A stretch of DNA of 62,761 nt, the filler included, from Coriobacteriales bacterium (GTDB lineage: Bacteria > Actinomycetota > Coriobacteriia > Coriobacteriales > UBA8131): NCBI GenBank assembly GCA_031263105.1. It is 5 parts of 5 records of this genome, joined end to end, with 100 filler letters (N's around TTAATTAATTAA, not from the genome) between each part and the next. Parts side by side here need not be neighbours in the genome. Positions count along the whole stretch, not along the records: positions 1 to 30,718 come from JAISGJ010000077.1; 4 more parts are not named here. The stretch is one strand, 5' to 3'. The position numbers and the translations under genes are program-made. Of the stretch, positions 19,450-27,561 are shown piece after piece (position 1 is the first letter of the stretch; every line of letters starts with the position of its first letter). The notes under the pieces are model-generated. The model was not told the DNA's origin and did no database searches. It worked only from the letters and a program-made list of their open reading frames with translations.

Positions 19450-20202
19450 ATGCCCCGGACAGGCCCTGTCATCGCTGGAACCGAAGAGGTGGGTACCTTG
19501 CTTTCAGAACAGGATTACACGTCCGTCCTGGTTCCGACCATGCCGTTCCATCGGCTGAAGATCGGCTCCTATATCGACCAGGCGAAGAAGCGCAAGCTCT
19601 TCAAAGGGGAGTACATCACCGCAAAGTCGGACGGCAAGGACGACTACTACTATTACTATGTGGAGAAGGGCCAGCTGCGCTGCTCCTTCATCAAGGCCAA
19701 CGGCGAGCCCGCCACCCTGTTCTACCGCAACGCAGGCAACGCCTTCTCCATCGAATATGCAGGCATCGCGTCGCTGGCCGGCGGGTTCAAGATGCGCTAT
19801 GTCGCGACGAAGGACACCGTCGTCTTCGCCTTCACGCAGCAGCAGCTCTATGACCTCATGCAGCAGGACCCCGAGATATTCTACGAGTTCATACTGGTGT
19901 GCCACATGGCGTTCGGGCAGATGGGCCACCGCATCTCGAATGTCGGCGTGTCCTCGTCCATGCAGCGCATCGTCATCTGGCTCAGGAAGCTCTGCGCGGT
20001 CAACAAGGCCGACGCGCAGGGCGTCCACACCGTCAACGCGGTCATCACCATCCAGCAGCTGGCGGAGCTCCTCCACATACATCCGACGACCTGCAGCAGG
20101 CTGCTCACCACCCTGGAGACCGACGGCGTCATCAGGCGCAGCCGCACCCAGATAACCGTCTTCGACGTGAACCGCCTCATGGACTACGAGTCGCTCGACT
20201 AG
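19450..20202 (+). CDS. Crp/Fnr-family transcriptional regulator
   Basis: cNMP-binding-like barrel (YYVEKGQL) and HTH ITIQQLAELLHIHPTTCSRLL. Confidence 0.9.
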   Translation: MPRTGPVIAGTEEVGTLLSEQDYTSVLVPTMPFHRLKIGSYIDQAKKRKLFKGEYITAKSDGKDDYYYYYVEKGQLRCSFIKANGEPATLFYRNAGNAFSIEYAGIASLAGGFKMRYVATKDTVVFAFTQQQLYDLMQQDPEIFYEFILVCHMAFGQMGHRISNVGVSSSMQRIVIWLRKLCAVNKADAQGVHTVNAVITIQQLAELLHIHPTTCSRLLTTLETDGVIRRSRTQITVFDVNRLMDYESLD

Positions 20203-20365
20203 GGAGGCGCCGATTAATTGCTTGTGCACCAGATGGCGAGTCAATTTGCCCCTGGTCAAGGCGGAGATGGCAGACACTACGGGGCGTAATGTCTGTCATC
20301 TCCAACGCGGAGCAGGGGCAAATTGGCCGTCAGATGGTGCGCAATGAATAAATCGGCGCCTCCCT
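20201..20365. mobile_element. 165-bp MITE-like element (family B), copy 1
   Basis: Perfect 15-bp terminal IR AGGGAGGCGCCGATT / AATCGGCGCCTCCCT; same-length homologue in reverse orientation at 61712-61876. Confidence 0.75.
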
Positions 20366-20376
20366 GGGGCAGCCGT

Positions 20377-21705
20377 CTAAAGCTCCAGGCAGAAGAGGGC
20401 GTAGAGGGGGACTGCCTTGATGCCGCCCGCGAAGCCGAAGTCCTGGGCGGTGACGCGCAGACAGTAAGGCGGACGGAACCTCTTGCGGTAGGTGCCGAGG
20501 CTGACGGAACCCGTGCGGGTGCCCGCCTTCACCTCGACGGGAACCACGGTGCCGTCCGGCCTCTGCAGGACGAACTCGACCTCTGCTTGATTGCCGTAGG
20601 CCCAGTAGCAGGGCGCGAGGCCGTGCGCGACCAGCGCCTGCATGACGTAGTTCTCGGCAAGCATGCCCTCGAAGGCCCCCAATGCCTTCGTGTCGGTCGT
20701 CAGCTCGGACGGGGCGATGCCCAACCGCGAGACGAGGATGCCGCTGTCGAGAAGGTACTCCTTGAAGAAGCCGGGATCCTCGTAGGCGACCAAGGGCGTC
20801 TCCGCAAGGGAGACCCTGTTGCAGCGGTTGAGGAGCGCGGCCTTCTCAAGCCAGAACAGCGCCGTCTCGTATTCGCTGGCACGGGCACCGCTGCGGATGG
20901 CCCTGTATTGGAACTTACGGTTCTCCTTGGTCAGCTGCCGGGGCATGCTGTCCCACACACGCGTGATGCGCATGGTCTCGTCGGGGGTCGCGTACTTGGC
21001 CATGTCACCGACGTAGGCGGCATTGATGGTCTTCTGCTTGGTGAGGACGATCTCCGGCCGTCCGTCGCGCACCCGCGCGTCGACCACCTCGGGCATGCCG
21101 CCACAGACGAGGTACTCCCGCAGCAGGGCGAGGCCTTTGGCGTGGAGAGGAAACGAGCTCTCCGGCACGTCCGGCGCGGCAAGCACCCTCGCGCTGTGCT
21201 CCCTAACGGCATCGGCGAGCGGCTTCTCGCCCAGCGCCCAGAGGAACTCCTCGAAGTCCATGGGGTGCAGGTCGCAGAAGGCGACCTTCCCCGCAGGGAA
21301 CGAGACGTCCTCCCTGTTCAGCGCTATCCCCAGCAGGTTGCCCGTTGCGACAAGGTGGTATGCGGGCTCCTGCTCATAGAAGTACTTCAGCGAGGTCAGC
21401 GCGCGCGGACAGGCCTGTATCTCATCGAAGACGATGAGCGTCTGCCCCCTGTGGATGCTCTGGCCGCAAAACGCCGAAAGCAGCGGCAGGAGCTCGGCAG
21501 GCCTGAGCGTGCGCTCGAAGAAGCCTTTGAGAGCGGGGGTGTCCTCGAAGTTGAAGTAGGCCGTGTTCAGGTAGCTCTCGCGACCGAGTCCCAGTGCCGC
21601 GTAGGTCTTGCCGGTCTGGCGTGCGCCTTGGATGACGAGAGGCATCCGCATGTCGTCCTCCGTGGCCTTCCAAGCATGTAAGGTCTCTTCGATTTTACGT
21701 TTCAT
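20377..21705 (-). CDS. AAA+ ATPase with DUF4143
   Basis: GARQTGKT Walker A, FDEIQ Walker B, CGGMPE, C-terminal EVEF...PVEVKAG. Confidence 0.92.
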   Translation of the reverse strand: MKRKIEETLHAWKATEDDMRMPLVIQGARQTGKTYAALGLGRESYLNTAYFNFEDTPALKGFFERTLRPAELLPLLSAFCGQSIHRGQTLIVFDEIQACPRALTSLKYFYEQEPAYHLVATGNLLGIALNREDVSFPAGKVAFCDLHPMDFEEFLWALGEKPLADAVREHSARVLAAPDVPESSFPLHAKGLALLREYLVCGGMPEVVDARVRDGRPEIVLTKQKTINAAYVGDMAKYATPDETMRITRVWDSMPRQLTKENRKFQYRAIRSGARASEYETALFWLEKAALLNRCNRVSLAETPLVAYEDPGFFKEYLLDSGILVSRLGIAPSELTTDTKALGAFEGMLAENYVMQALVAHGLAPCYWAYGNQAEVEFVLQRPDGTVVPVEVKAGTRTGSVSLGTYRKRFRPPYCLRVTAQDFGFAGGIKAVPLYALFCLEL

Positions 21706-21952
21706 GTCATCACCTCACACAAAAGTATAACAAAAAATGTGATGTGGAAACACTAAAATGTAATCCATAGTAGTCCCGAGTCAAATTCCGCACCCTGTCG
21801 GCGACGGCCTGAACTGTAGCGTCCAGTCAAAACGTACCAAGAGTGTATTGGGCATGCCATCCATGACGACGTGCTCCGTGTCCGAGCAACGCGTAGAGGT
21901 GCTAGAATGGGGGAGAGGTAAAGGCGGACGCATCAGCGGATTGGATTCTCGT

Positions 21953-22285
21953 ATGATCAAGATGCAGATAAAGATGGACGAGGGCAAGATCAGGCGTGGC
22001 GGACGCTACAGCCTTGACAGGATTTACGGCATCTTGGACGACTACCTGGTCAACAACCTGCGCTTCGCCAAGGACGGTGACGGCTTCTACCTCGGTACCG
22101 GCTCGCCGGACGACTTCGGCAACTTCGGTCTGGCGATGGTCACGCTCGGCAAGAAAGGCTGGTTCATGGACAACGTGGACACTTGGCTGTACTTCAACTC
22201 CGAGGACAGCACGGATCCGGACGACTACGTAATCGAGGACTTCAAGGAGTTCTGCAAGGAGCGCTATCAGGCGAGCGCAGCCTGA
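21953..22285 (+). CDS. Hypothetical protein, probable partner (antitoxin) of VapD
   Basis: 110-aa ORF ending 1 nt before the VapD gene. Confidence 0.65.
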   Translation: MIKMQIKMDEGKIRRGGRYSLDRIYGILDDYLVNNLRFAKDGDGFYLGTGSPDDFGNFGLAMVTLGKKGWFMDNVDTWLYFNSEDSTDPDDYVIEDFKEFCKERYQASAA

Positions 22286-22286
22286 G

Positions 22287-22661
22287 ATGGCCGCCCGGCG
22301 CACCTACAAGATGATAAACTTCGACCTCAGCACCAAGCGGTTGGTCGAGGAGTTCGGCGAGAGAAGCTACCGCAAGGGCTACGCGCTGATACTGCGATTC
22401 TTCACTGCCAACAGCTTTGAGCACCACCAGTACTCAGGATATCTGTCGACGTCCGCGATGAGCTATGCCGAGGTTTACAACCTCGTTCTCGACACCATGG
22501 CCTCCAAGCTGCCGTGGCTGGCGAACTGCGTGGAGAAGTTTGATGCCACTAATGTCACATCGCAGTCCGATATGCTCAAAGCGATAAGGTCGAACGCAGA
22601 AAAGCCCAACTCAAGCGTCGTTCCCGTTCTGCTGGAAGGCGACGAAGAGGTCACCATATAG
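22287..22661 (+). CDS. VapD-family (Cas2-like) endoribonuclease
   Basis: INFDL...Y..I..FF....FEHHQYSGYLS...PWL..CVEKFDAT. Confidence 0.8.
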   Translation: MAARRTYKMINFDLSTKRLVEEFGERSYRKGYALILRFFTANSFEHHQYSGYLSTSAMSYAEVYNLVLDTMASKLPWLANCVEKFDATNVTSQSDMLKAIRSNAEKPNSSVVPVLLEGDEEVTI

Positions 22662-22925
22662 CCTTGGACAATGAGGGACGAAGGCAGGGTTCCGTCAGCC
22701 CTGCGCACCCCAGCCTTTGGGGAGGGCGTAGGCGTGGCAGCCGCCCTGGTTGCAGGCAAGGACGGGGGCGGCCTCCACGCGGTGGCAGGATGCGCAGGCG
22801 GTGAGGCGCATTCGTTGAAGGCGACGTTACTGTACAGACCCTAATGTGACTCCGGCCCGACCGCCCGAAGGCGGCTGCCGTTTAACAATTTCGAGCGATT
22901 CGCCCAGCCATTGCATCGCTCACAT

Positions 22926-22936
22926 TGTGGTAGAAT
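22926..22936 (+). promoter_or_regulatory. Extended -10 promoter
   Basis: TGTGG-TAGAAT immediately before the structured leader. Confidence 0.5.
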
Positions 22937-22939
22937 TCG

Positions 22940-23245
22940 AGTCGCCAAATCTGCATGCGGATTCCTCTTTGGGGGGACTTCAGTATATCCAGCTTGAAGG
23001 GCATCGGCCCGACAAGGATATATTGAATCCCTTGTAGGTTTGGCGACTGTGGGTTGATGCCCTTCACCCTGATGGAGGCAACTCGGTCGCTGAGTTGGAA
23101 TGCAGGCGAGAGGCACCTTCCCCACAGCCATACGGGTGCGCAGACGCACGGATTTGCGTCGATGCGTTGGGCTGACAATAGGGGATTGGAGCGTTTCGAT
23201 GGGAGCTTTTGAAAGCCATTGCCTGTGTCACAAAGGGCAATTGAG
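22940..23245 (+). ncRNA. Putative structured RNA or 5' leader of unknown family
   Basis: Long helices 22940-22955/23033-23048, 22979-22990/23016-23027, 22995-23010/23051-23066 and 23079-23086/23090-23097; every non-Watson-Crick pair in them is G-U in the + sense. Confidence 0.6.
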
Positions 23246-23295
23246 CAGCACATACACATACTCCTGAAGACTGATCCATAGAGCATAGCATCAAA

Positions 23296-24393
23296 ATGGA
23301 TGTCGTCATAAAACCAACGTATCGCTGCAACCTCGACTGCCGCTATTGCTGCATTCATGTTACGGACAGGGATGACCTGTCATCAAATGAGGCAAAACGG
23401 ATACTTGAGGCAGCCGCCGCAAGAAGCCCAGAGGGCGTCATGCAGGCAAGGTGGCATGGCGGGGAACCCTTGTGTATGGGATACGAGTGGTTCGAAGAGG
23501 TTTTTTGGCATCAAAAAAGCCTTCCCGTCCAAGTGAACAATGTCGTGTTCACAAACTTGCTTCTGCTCGGAGACGACTTCCTGCAACTGTTCAAGGACAA
23601 CAACGTGATTATATTCACAAGCCTTGATGCGGTGGATTCCCTCTTGGATGAGGAGCGGGGAGGTCGTTGCGAGGATGTCATGGGGCGCTTGGACGCCTTG
23701 GAGTGCGCCGGATATTCAGATGTCACCGTCAAGACCACCGTGACATCTGCAAACCTCGCCGGTCTCGTGGATACCTATGACTACCTGAAGGGCAAGCCGT
23801 TCGAGTGGAACTTCGCGCCCGTGTTCCCCGCAGGCAGGGGCAAAGAGCACTGTTTGGAGGTCTTGCCCTCGGCCGCTGAGTTCGCGTCGTTGTCTGGGGC
23901 CATACTCGACGACTGGGTGCAGACGGGCAAACCACGAATCTATCTCTTCAGGAAAGTCATTGAAGAGTTGTTGAGGACGAGGGCTTCAGGCGAAATCGAA
24001 CGTCCAATGTTCAATGTCGATGCCCACGGTGACGTGTATCGGTGTATCCAGTTCCAAGGAAACAAGGACTACAAGGTCGCTGCCTTTGGGGGAGTAGGCA
24101 CGATTGATGCCTTTGAAGCATGTACGTGCGAATGGAGCACGTTTCATTTCGCTTCCTGCGATTTCTGCGATTTTACTTGGATATGCAAGTTCAACCACTG
24201 CTCGTATCTTGGTGACTCCTTAGGTTCGCTTGGAAACGACTTTGCGGAGCGTTATTGCGCATTGATGAGGCCGTTGTTATCAAGGACTCAGCAGGCGCTA
24301 ACGGAGGAGATCGGGTTCGTCTTACATGATGCTTCCCGCGCTCCTGTTTCTACCGAGAAGAGGGGCTGCTTGCAACGGGAAGGAGGTGATTGA
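23296..24393 (+). CDS. Radical SAM/SPASM-domain protein (putative peptide maturase 1)
   Basis: KPTYRCNLDCRYC, WHGGEPL, FTNL, TSLD; SPASM-like GDVYRC...CDFC...IC...C...YC. Confidence 0.9.
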   Translation: MDVVIKPTYRCNLDCRYCCIHVTDRDDLSSNEAKRILEAAAARSPEGVMQARWHGGEPLCMGYEWFEEVFWHQKSLPVQVNNVVFTNLLLLGDDFLQLFKDNNVIIFTSLDAVDSLLDEERGGRCEDVMGRLDALECAGYSDVTVKTTVTSANLAGLVDTYDYLKGKPFEWNFAPVFPAGRGKEHCLEVLPSAAEFASLSGAILDDWVQTGKPRIYLFRKVIEELLRTRASGEIERPMFNVDAHGDVYRCIQFQGNKDYKVAAFGGVGTIDAFEACTCEWSTFHFASCDFCDFTWICKFNHCSYLGDSLGSLGNDFAERYCALMRPLLSRTQQALTEEIGFVLHDASRAPVSTEKRGCLQREGGD

Positions 24394-24394
24394 G

Positions 24395-24595
24395 ATGGAG
24401 ATGGTAAAAGACATGACACTGGAGCAGGCCGGAAGGATATCCTCGCCTGCCATCAGGGGGCTTGTAACCGAGAACATTTTGCTTGGACAGAGAATGGAGG
24501 GCGGTGAAAGCCTGACAATTCGCGTCGGGTACGACAAGTTTACCCACTCGAAGTCGTCGTGCCAGTGCGTGTGTGTTGTCGGAGGTATGGGGTAG
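24395..24595 (+). CDS. Putative RiPP precursor peptide (66 aa)
   Basis: Strong SD GGAGGTGA; MEMVKDMTLEQAGRISSPAIRGLVTENILLGQRMEGGESLTIRVGYDKFTHSKSSCQCVCVVGGMG; fills the gap between two rSAM genes. Confidence 0.75.
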   Translation: MEMVKDMTLEQAGRISSPAIRGLVTENILLGQRMEGGESLTIRVGYDKFTHSKSSCQCVCVVGGMG

Positions 24596-24613
24596 TCGGG
24601 GGGAGAAGGGCGG

Positions 24614-25768
24614 TTGAACTCTGCGGGCCGTAAGGGCGGACAGCAAATGGATTCTTCGGAAGCGACAATGATCAACAGGACTGTCAACATCTTGTTAATC
24701 TGCACCTCAGGATGCAATTTGGCCTGCACGTACTGCTATTGCGATAAAGGCCAAACACAGTCTATGGGGATTGGAGCGTTCAAAGAAGCCTTCAACAAGC
24801 TTGATGCCTATTTTGATGACACCACAGAGTTCCACATAGTCTTTCATGGAGGAGAGCCGCTGATTCTGGGAGCGCAGTTCTATCGTGACGCACTTGCGTT
24901 TCTTGGCGATCAGCGGCGCCCTCTCCACACAAGCATCCAGACCAACCTCACGTTAATGAACGATGAGTTTATCTCTCTGTTCAAGGCTAACGGCTGCACC
25001 GTCAGCACCAGTGTTGATGGATCGAGGTCGATGCATGATGCCAACAGAAGGTATCCGGACGGCAAAGGTTCATATGAGGATGTCGTGAGGAAGGTTGCTC
25101 TGCTGGATGAGTGCGAGGTTCCCTTTGGGGGCGTCATCGTAACCCTGAATGAGAGCAACACGGTCAACGCACGGGAGCTCTACGATTCCCTTCGACGGTT
25201 CGAGGCGCATGCAATCGGGTTCAGTATAGTCTATAGAGCAGACGGCAAAGACGACGTCGTTCTCGACCCGGCGCATCTGGGGGCCTTCCTCATTGAGATT
25301 TTTGACCTGTGGTCAGTTGATGAGGAACCGCTCAGGCTCTCGTTTTTTGAGTCGATAGTCAGAAGCGCCTTGGGTATAAACCCCTACCCCGAGTGCACGT
25401 TCTGCAATCGGTGTGCGGATGGCTTCATCGCTATCGATGCGTCAGGTGAGGTGTATCCCTGCGGCGACTTCGTTGGCAAGCGTTCGTACCTGTACGGTAA
25501 CATCCTCACCCAGGATTTCAAAGAGCTTTGGGAAGGCCCTGCCAGAAACGCCCTTGCGCACAGACAGGGAGCAGAAGGAACCGCTGCCACGTGCCAGGGC
25601 TGTGCGTATGACGAGATATGTCGCTCAGGCTGCCCCGCCAAGTCGCCGAACGGCTATGCCGACAAAGATGTCTACTGCGAGGCATACAAAATGCTGTTCG
25701 CCCACCTCAAACGCAGCATCGAACACTTCGGTGATAGAGGGACAGAGACGAAGCTCAAACCTCCCTGA
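24614..25768 (+). CDS. Radical SAM/SPASM-domain protein (putative peptide maturase 2); start may be ATG 24647
   Basis: CNLACTYC, FHGGEPL, QTNLT, SVDG; full SPASM CTFCNRC...GEVYPC...CQGC...ICRSGCP...YC. Confidence 0.92.
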   Translation: MNSAGRKGGQQMDSSEATMINRTVNILLICTSGCNLACTYCYCDKGQTQSMGIGAFKEAFNKLDAYFDDTTEFHIVFHGGEPLILGAQFYRDALAFLGDQRRPLHTSIQTNLTLMNDEFISLFKANGCTVSTSVDGSRSMHDANRRYPDGKGSYEDVVRKVALLDECEVPFGGVIVTLNESNTVNARELYDSLRRFEAHAIGFSIVYRADGKDDVVLDPAHLGAFLIEIFDLWSVDEEPLRLSFFESIVRSALGINPYPECTFCNRCADGFIAIDASGEVYPCGDFVGKRSYLYGNILTQDFKELWEGPARNALAHRQGAEGTAATCQGCAYDEICRSGCPAKSPNGYADKDVYCEAYKMLFAHLKRSIEHFGDRGTETKLKPP

Positions 25769-25925
25769 TCGCTAAGCCACTGTGGTGCTCTGGGTCATTA
25801 TGTCGGACATGCTCAAATATGGAAGGCTGTCTATCGAACTGGTTGACAGGGTGCTTGGCGGGGGACGTCTCCCTCGTCACCCCCAAATACAACGTCATGG
25901 AACAGTAAGAGTAGGGAGAGATATT

Positions 25926-26111
25926 ATGACTGACATCTTAAATGAAGAGACTCTTCACAAATTAATGAAAGCAGCAGAGGGGGGAGACTATCGGGCGGCT
26001 TTTGAATTGGCAGAAGCATATGGCGAAGGCAAAGGTCTTCCAAAGAACATGGAGCGAGCCAATTACTGGCTTAACAAATCAGTTGAGTTAAAGGCAAGAG
26101 CAGAGAGGTAA
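25926..26111 (+). CDS. Single Sel1-like repeat micro-protein
   Basis: AAEGGDYRAAFELAEAYGEGKGLPKNMERANYWLNKS; SD GGGAG upstream. Confidence 0.7.
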   Translation: MTDILNEETLHKLMKAAEGGDYRAAFELAEAYGEGKGLPKNMERANYWLNKSVELKARAER

Positions 26112-26347
26112 GCTCACAATGCTTGTTTGCATTGATTGGGTGCGTAGCAGGCATACTGTCCTCCCATCTTGCTAGTCATGCAAGTAGTGGAGTGGAAGAA
26201 CGTATGTTTGACAATCGGTACTGGGCGCAAGCGCTCTATGTATTTTAACGTGGGCTTCGCCCACAACCCATAGAGTGCTGAGGTCATCATGCTGAATCCT
26301 GTGTTGTCATAACAATGAATTGTGCAGCATAATGGACTGCTTAATGA

Positions 26348-26539
26348 ATGGGGGTAGAGATGTCAGTAGAAGTAAAAGCATATCCTATGGATAAAAGTGG
26401 GTGCATAGAACTGGAATGTCGACACTGTGAAAAAGCATATTACGTTGATGCAATGGAATTTTCACAAAATGTGAAGTATGGGGTGGTTTCAGTTTGCCCC
26501 TATTGTAAAGAGTGCACTACTTTTGAGATAGATCGTTGA
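26348..26539 (+). CDS. Small zinc-ribbon protein
   Basis: CRHC...CPYC pair in about 60 aa. Confidence 0.5.
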   Translation: MGVEMSVEVKAYPMDKSGCIELECRHCEKAYYVDAMEFSQNVKYGVVSVCPYCKECTTFEIDR

Positions 26540-26604
26540 GATACCCTACACGATTTTTGGTTAGGGCAAAGCAGGAGTCAGGAATAATGCGAGGAGGTCT
26601 CACA

Positions 26605-26745
26605 ATGGCGTATGAACCGGAGAAGTTTGCGAACAAGAAGCGCGAGGACGAGGAAATAAGAAAGGCCCAACAAAGGGCCAAGGAGGATGCCGAGAAGAAG
26701 CGCCGAATAGCCGAGGCGGCGCTGAAAAACACCATGAGGAGATAA
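26605..26745 (+). CDS. Small basic helical protein (46 aa)
   Basis: SD GAGGAGGT; MAYEPEKFANKKREDEEIRKAQQRAKEDAEKKRR... Confidence 0.5.
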   Translation: MAYEPEKFANKKREDEEIRKAQQRAKEDAEKKRRIAEAALKNTMRR

Positions 26746-26884
26746 AGCCAAGGCAAGGGACACGCGAGCACTCGACAAGGGGATGACAGGGACTTTTCTC
26801 CTGACGGCTTCCATTTTTTTGCGACGAGCTGGGTGGGACATTGGCTCTCTCGTCCTATTCGTAGCAGCGTTTTCAGGGAGGTAA

Positions 26885-27391
26885 ATTTATTGGTTTCGGC
26901 AAGCCGCAGGGCAAGGAAATGCCGAGGCGCAGGATTTCCTACGACGACTTGAGGGAGAAACTATGGTACCTAACGATAAAAAGGAAAGGCTTCAAGAAAG
27001 AATAGCGGAGATACAGGCGAAAGCGGCAAAAGCAAATGAAATCTATGCAGTGGAAATCGATCGTGCGCTTGCACCTCTAGCTGAGAATGATTTTCTGATT
27101 AAATCAATCGCTGGAATTATACTTGAGAATCTTAAGGTCGAACCCATTGCCAAATTACGTGGAGATGATCTGGAACTGAAGCTTTCAGCTGTTTTCTTGT
27201 TTGGGGATGGAGTAGTCATTGTGGGGGCACAATTGTCGGACACAATCAAACTCTTCGTTGCGGAGGATGGCATGGGGGATTCCGATTGGATACATGAAGA
27301 GTATTGCGAGCAAGTTGATAACTGGCTCTCCTCAAATATAGGGATAGGCCATATAAGAGGAGATAAATACTATTTGCTCGGAGGGAGATAG
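26885..27391 (+). pseudogene. C-terminal fragment of a Sel1-repeat protein (ORF track start 26963)
   Basis: In-frame upstream IYWFRQAAGQGNAEAQDFLRRLEGET matches the last Sel1 repeat of the 27562 gene; preceded by TAA. Confidence 0.55.
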
Positions 27392-27561
27392 GATATGAGA
27401 TGTGCCGATTGTTTCGAGTGGGTTTCTCTCGGACTGCAGCAATAATAGGTTTTGTATAGGAGCAAAGAATACAACTTCACGCTGCCGGTCTGACGTTAAA
27501 GCAGGTTGGGCATGAACCGGGCATCCGTGAATTAGCTACCAAGAGTGGTTTCACAAAAGCC

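Noticed and set aside
22940..23066. Retron msr-msd or omega-RNA interpretation of the structured region
   Set aside because: No reverse transcriptase, IscB or TnpB gene nearby
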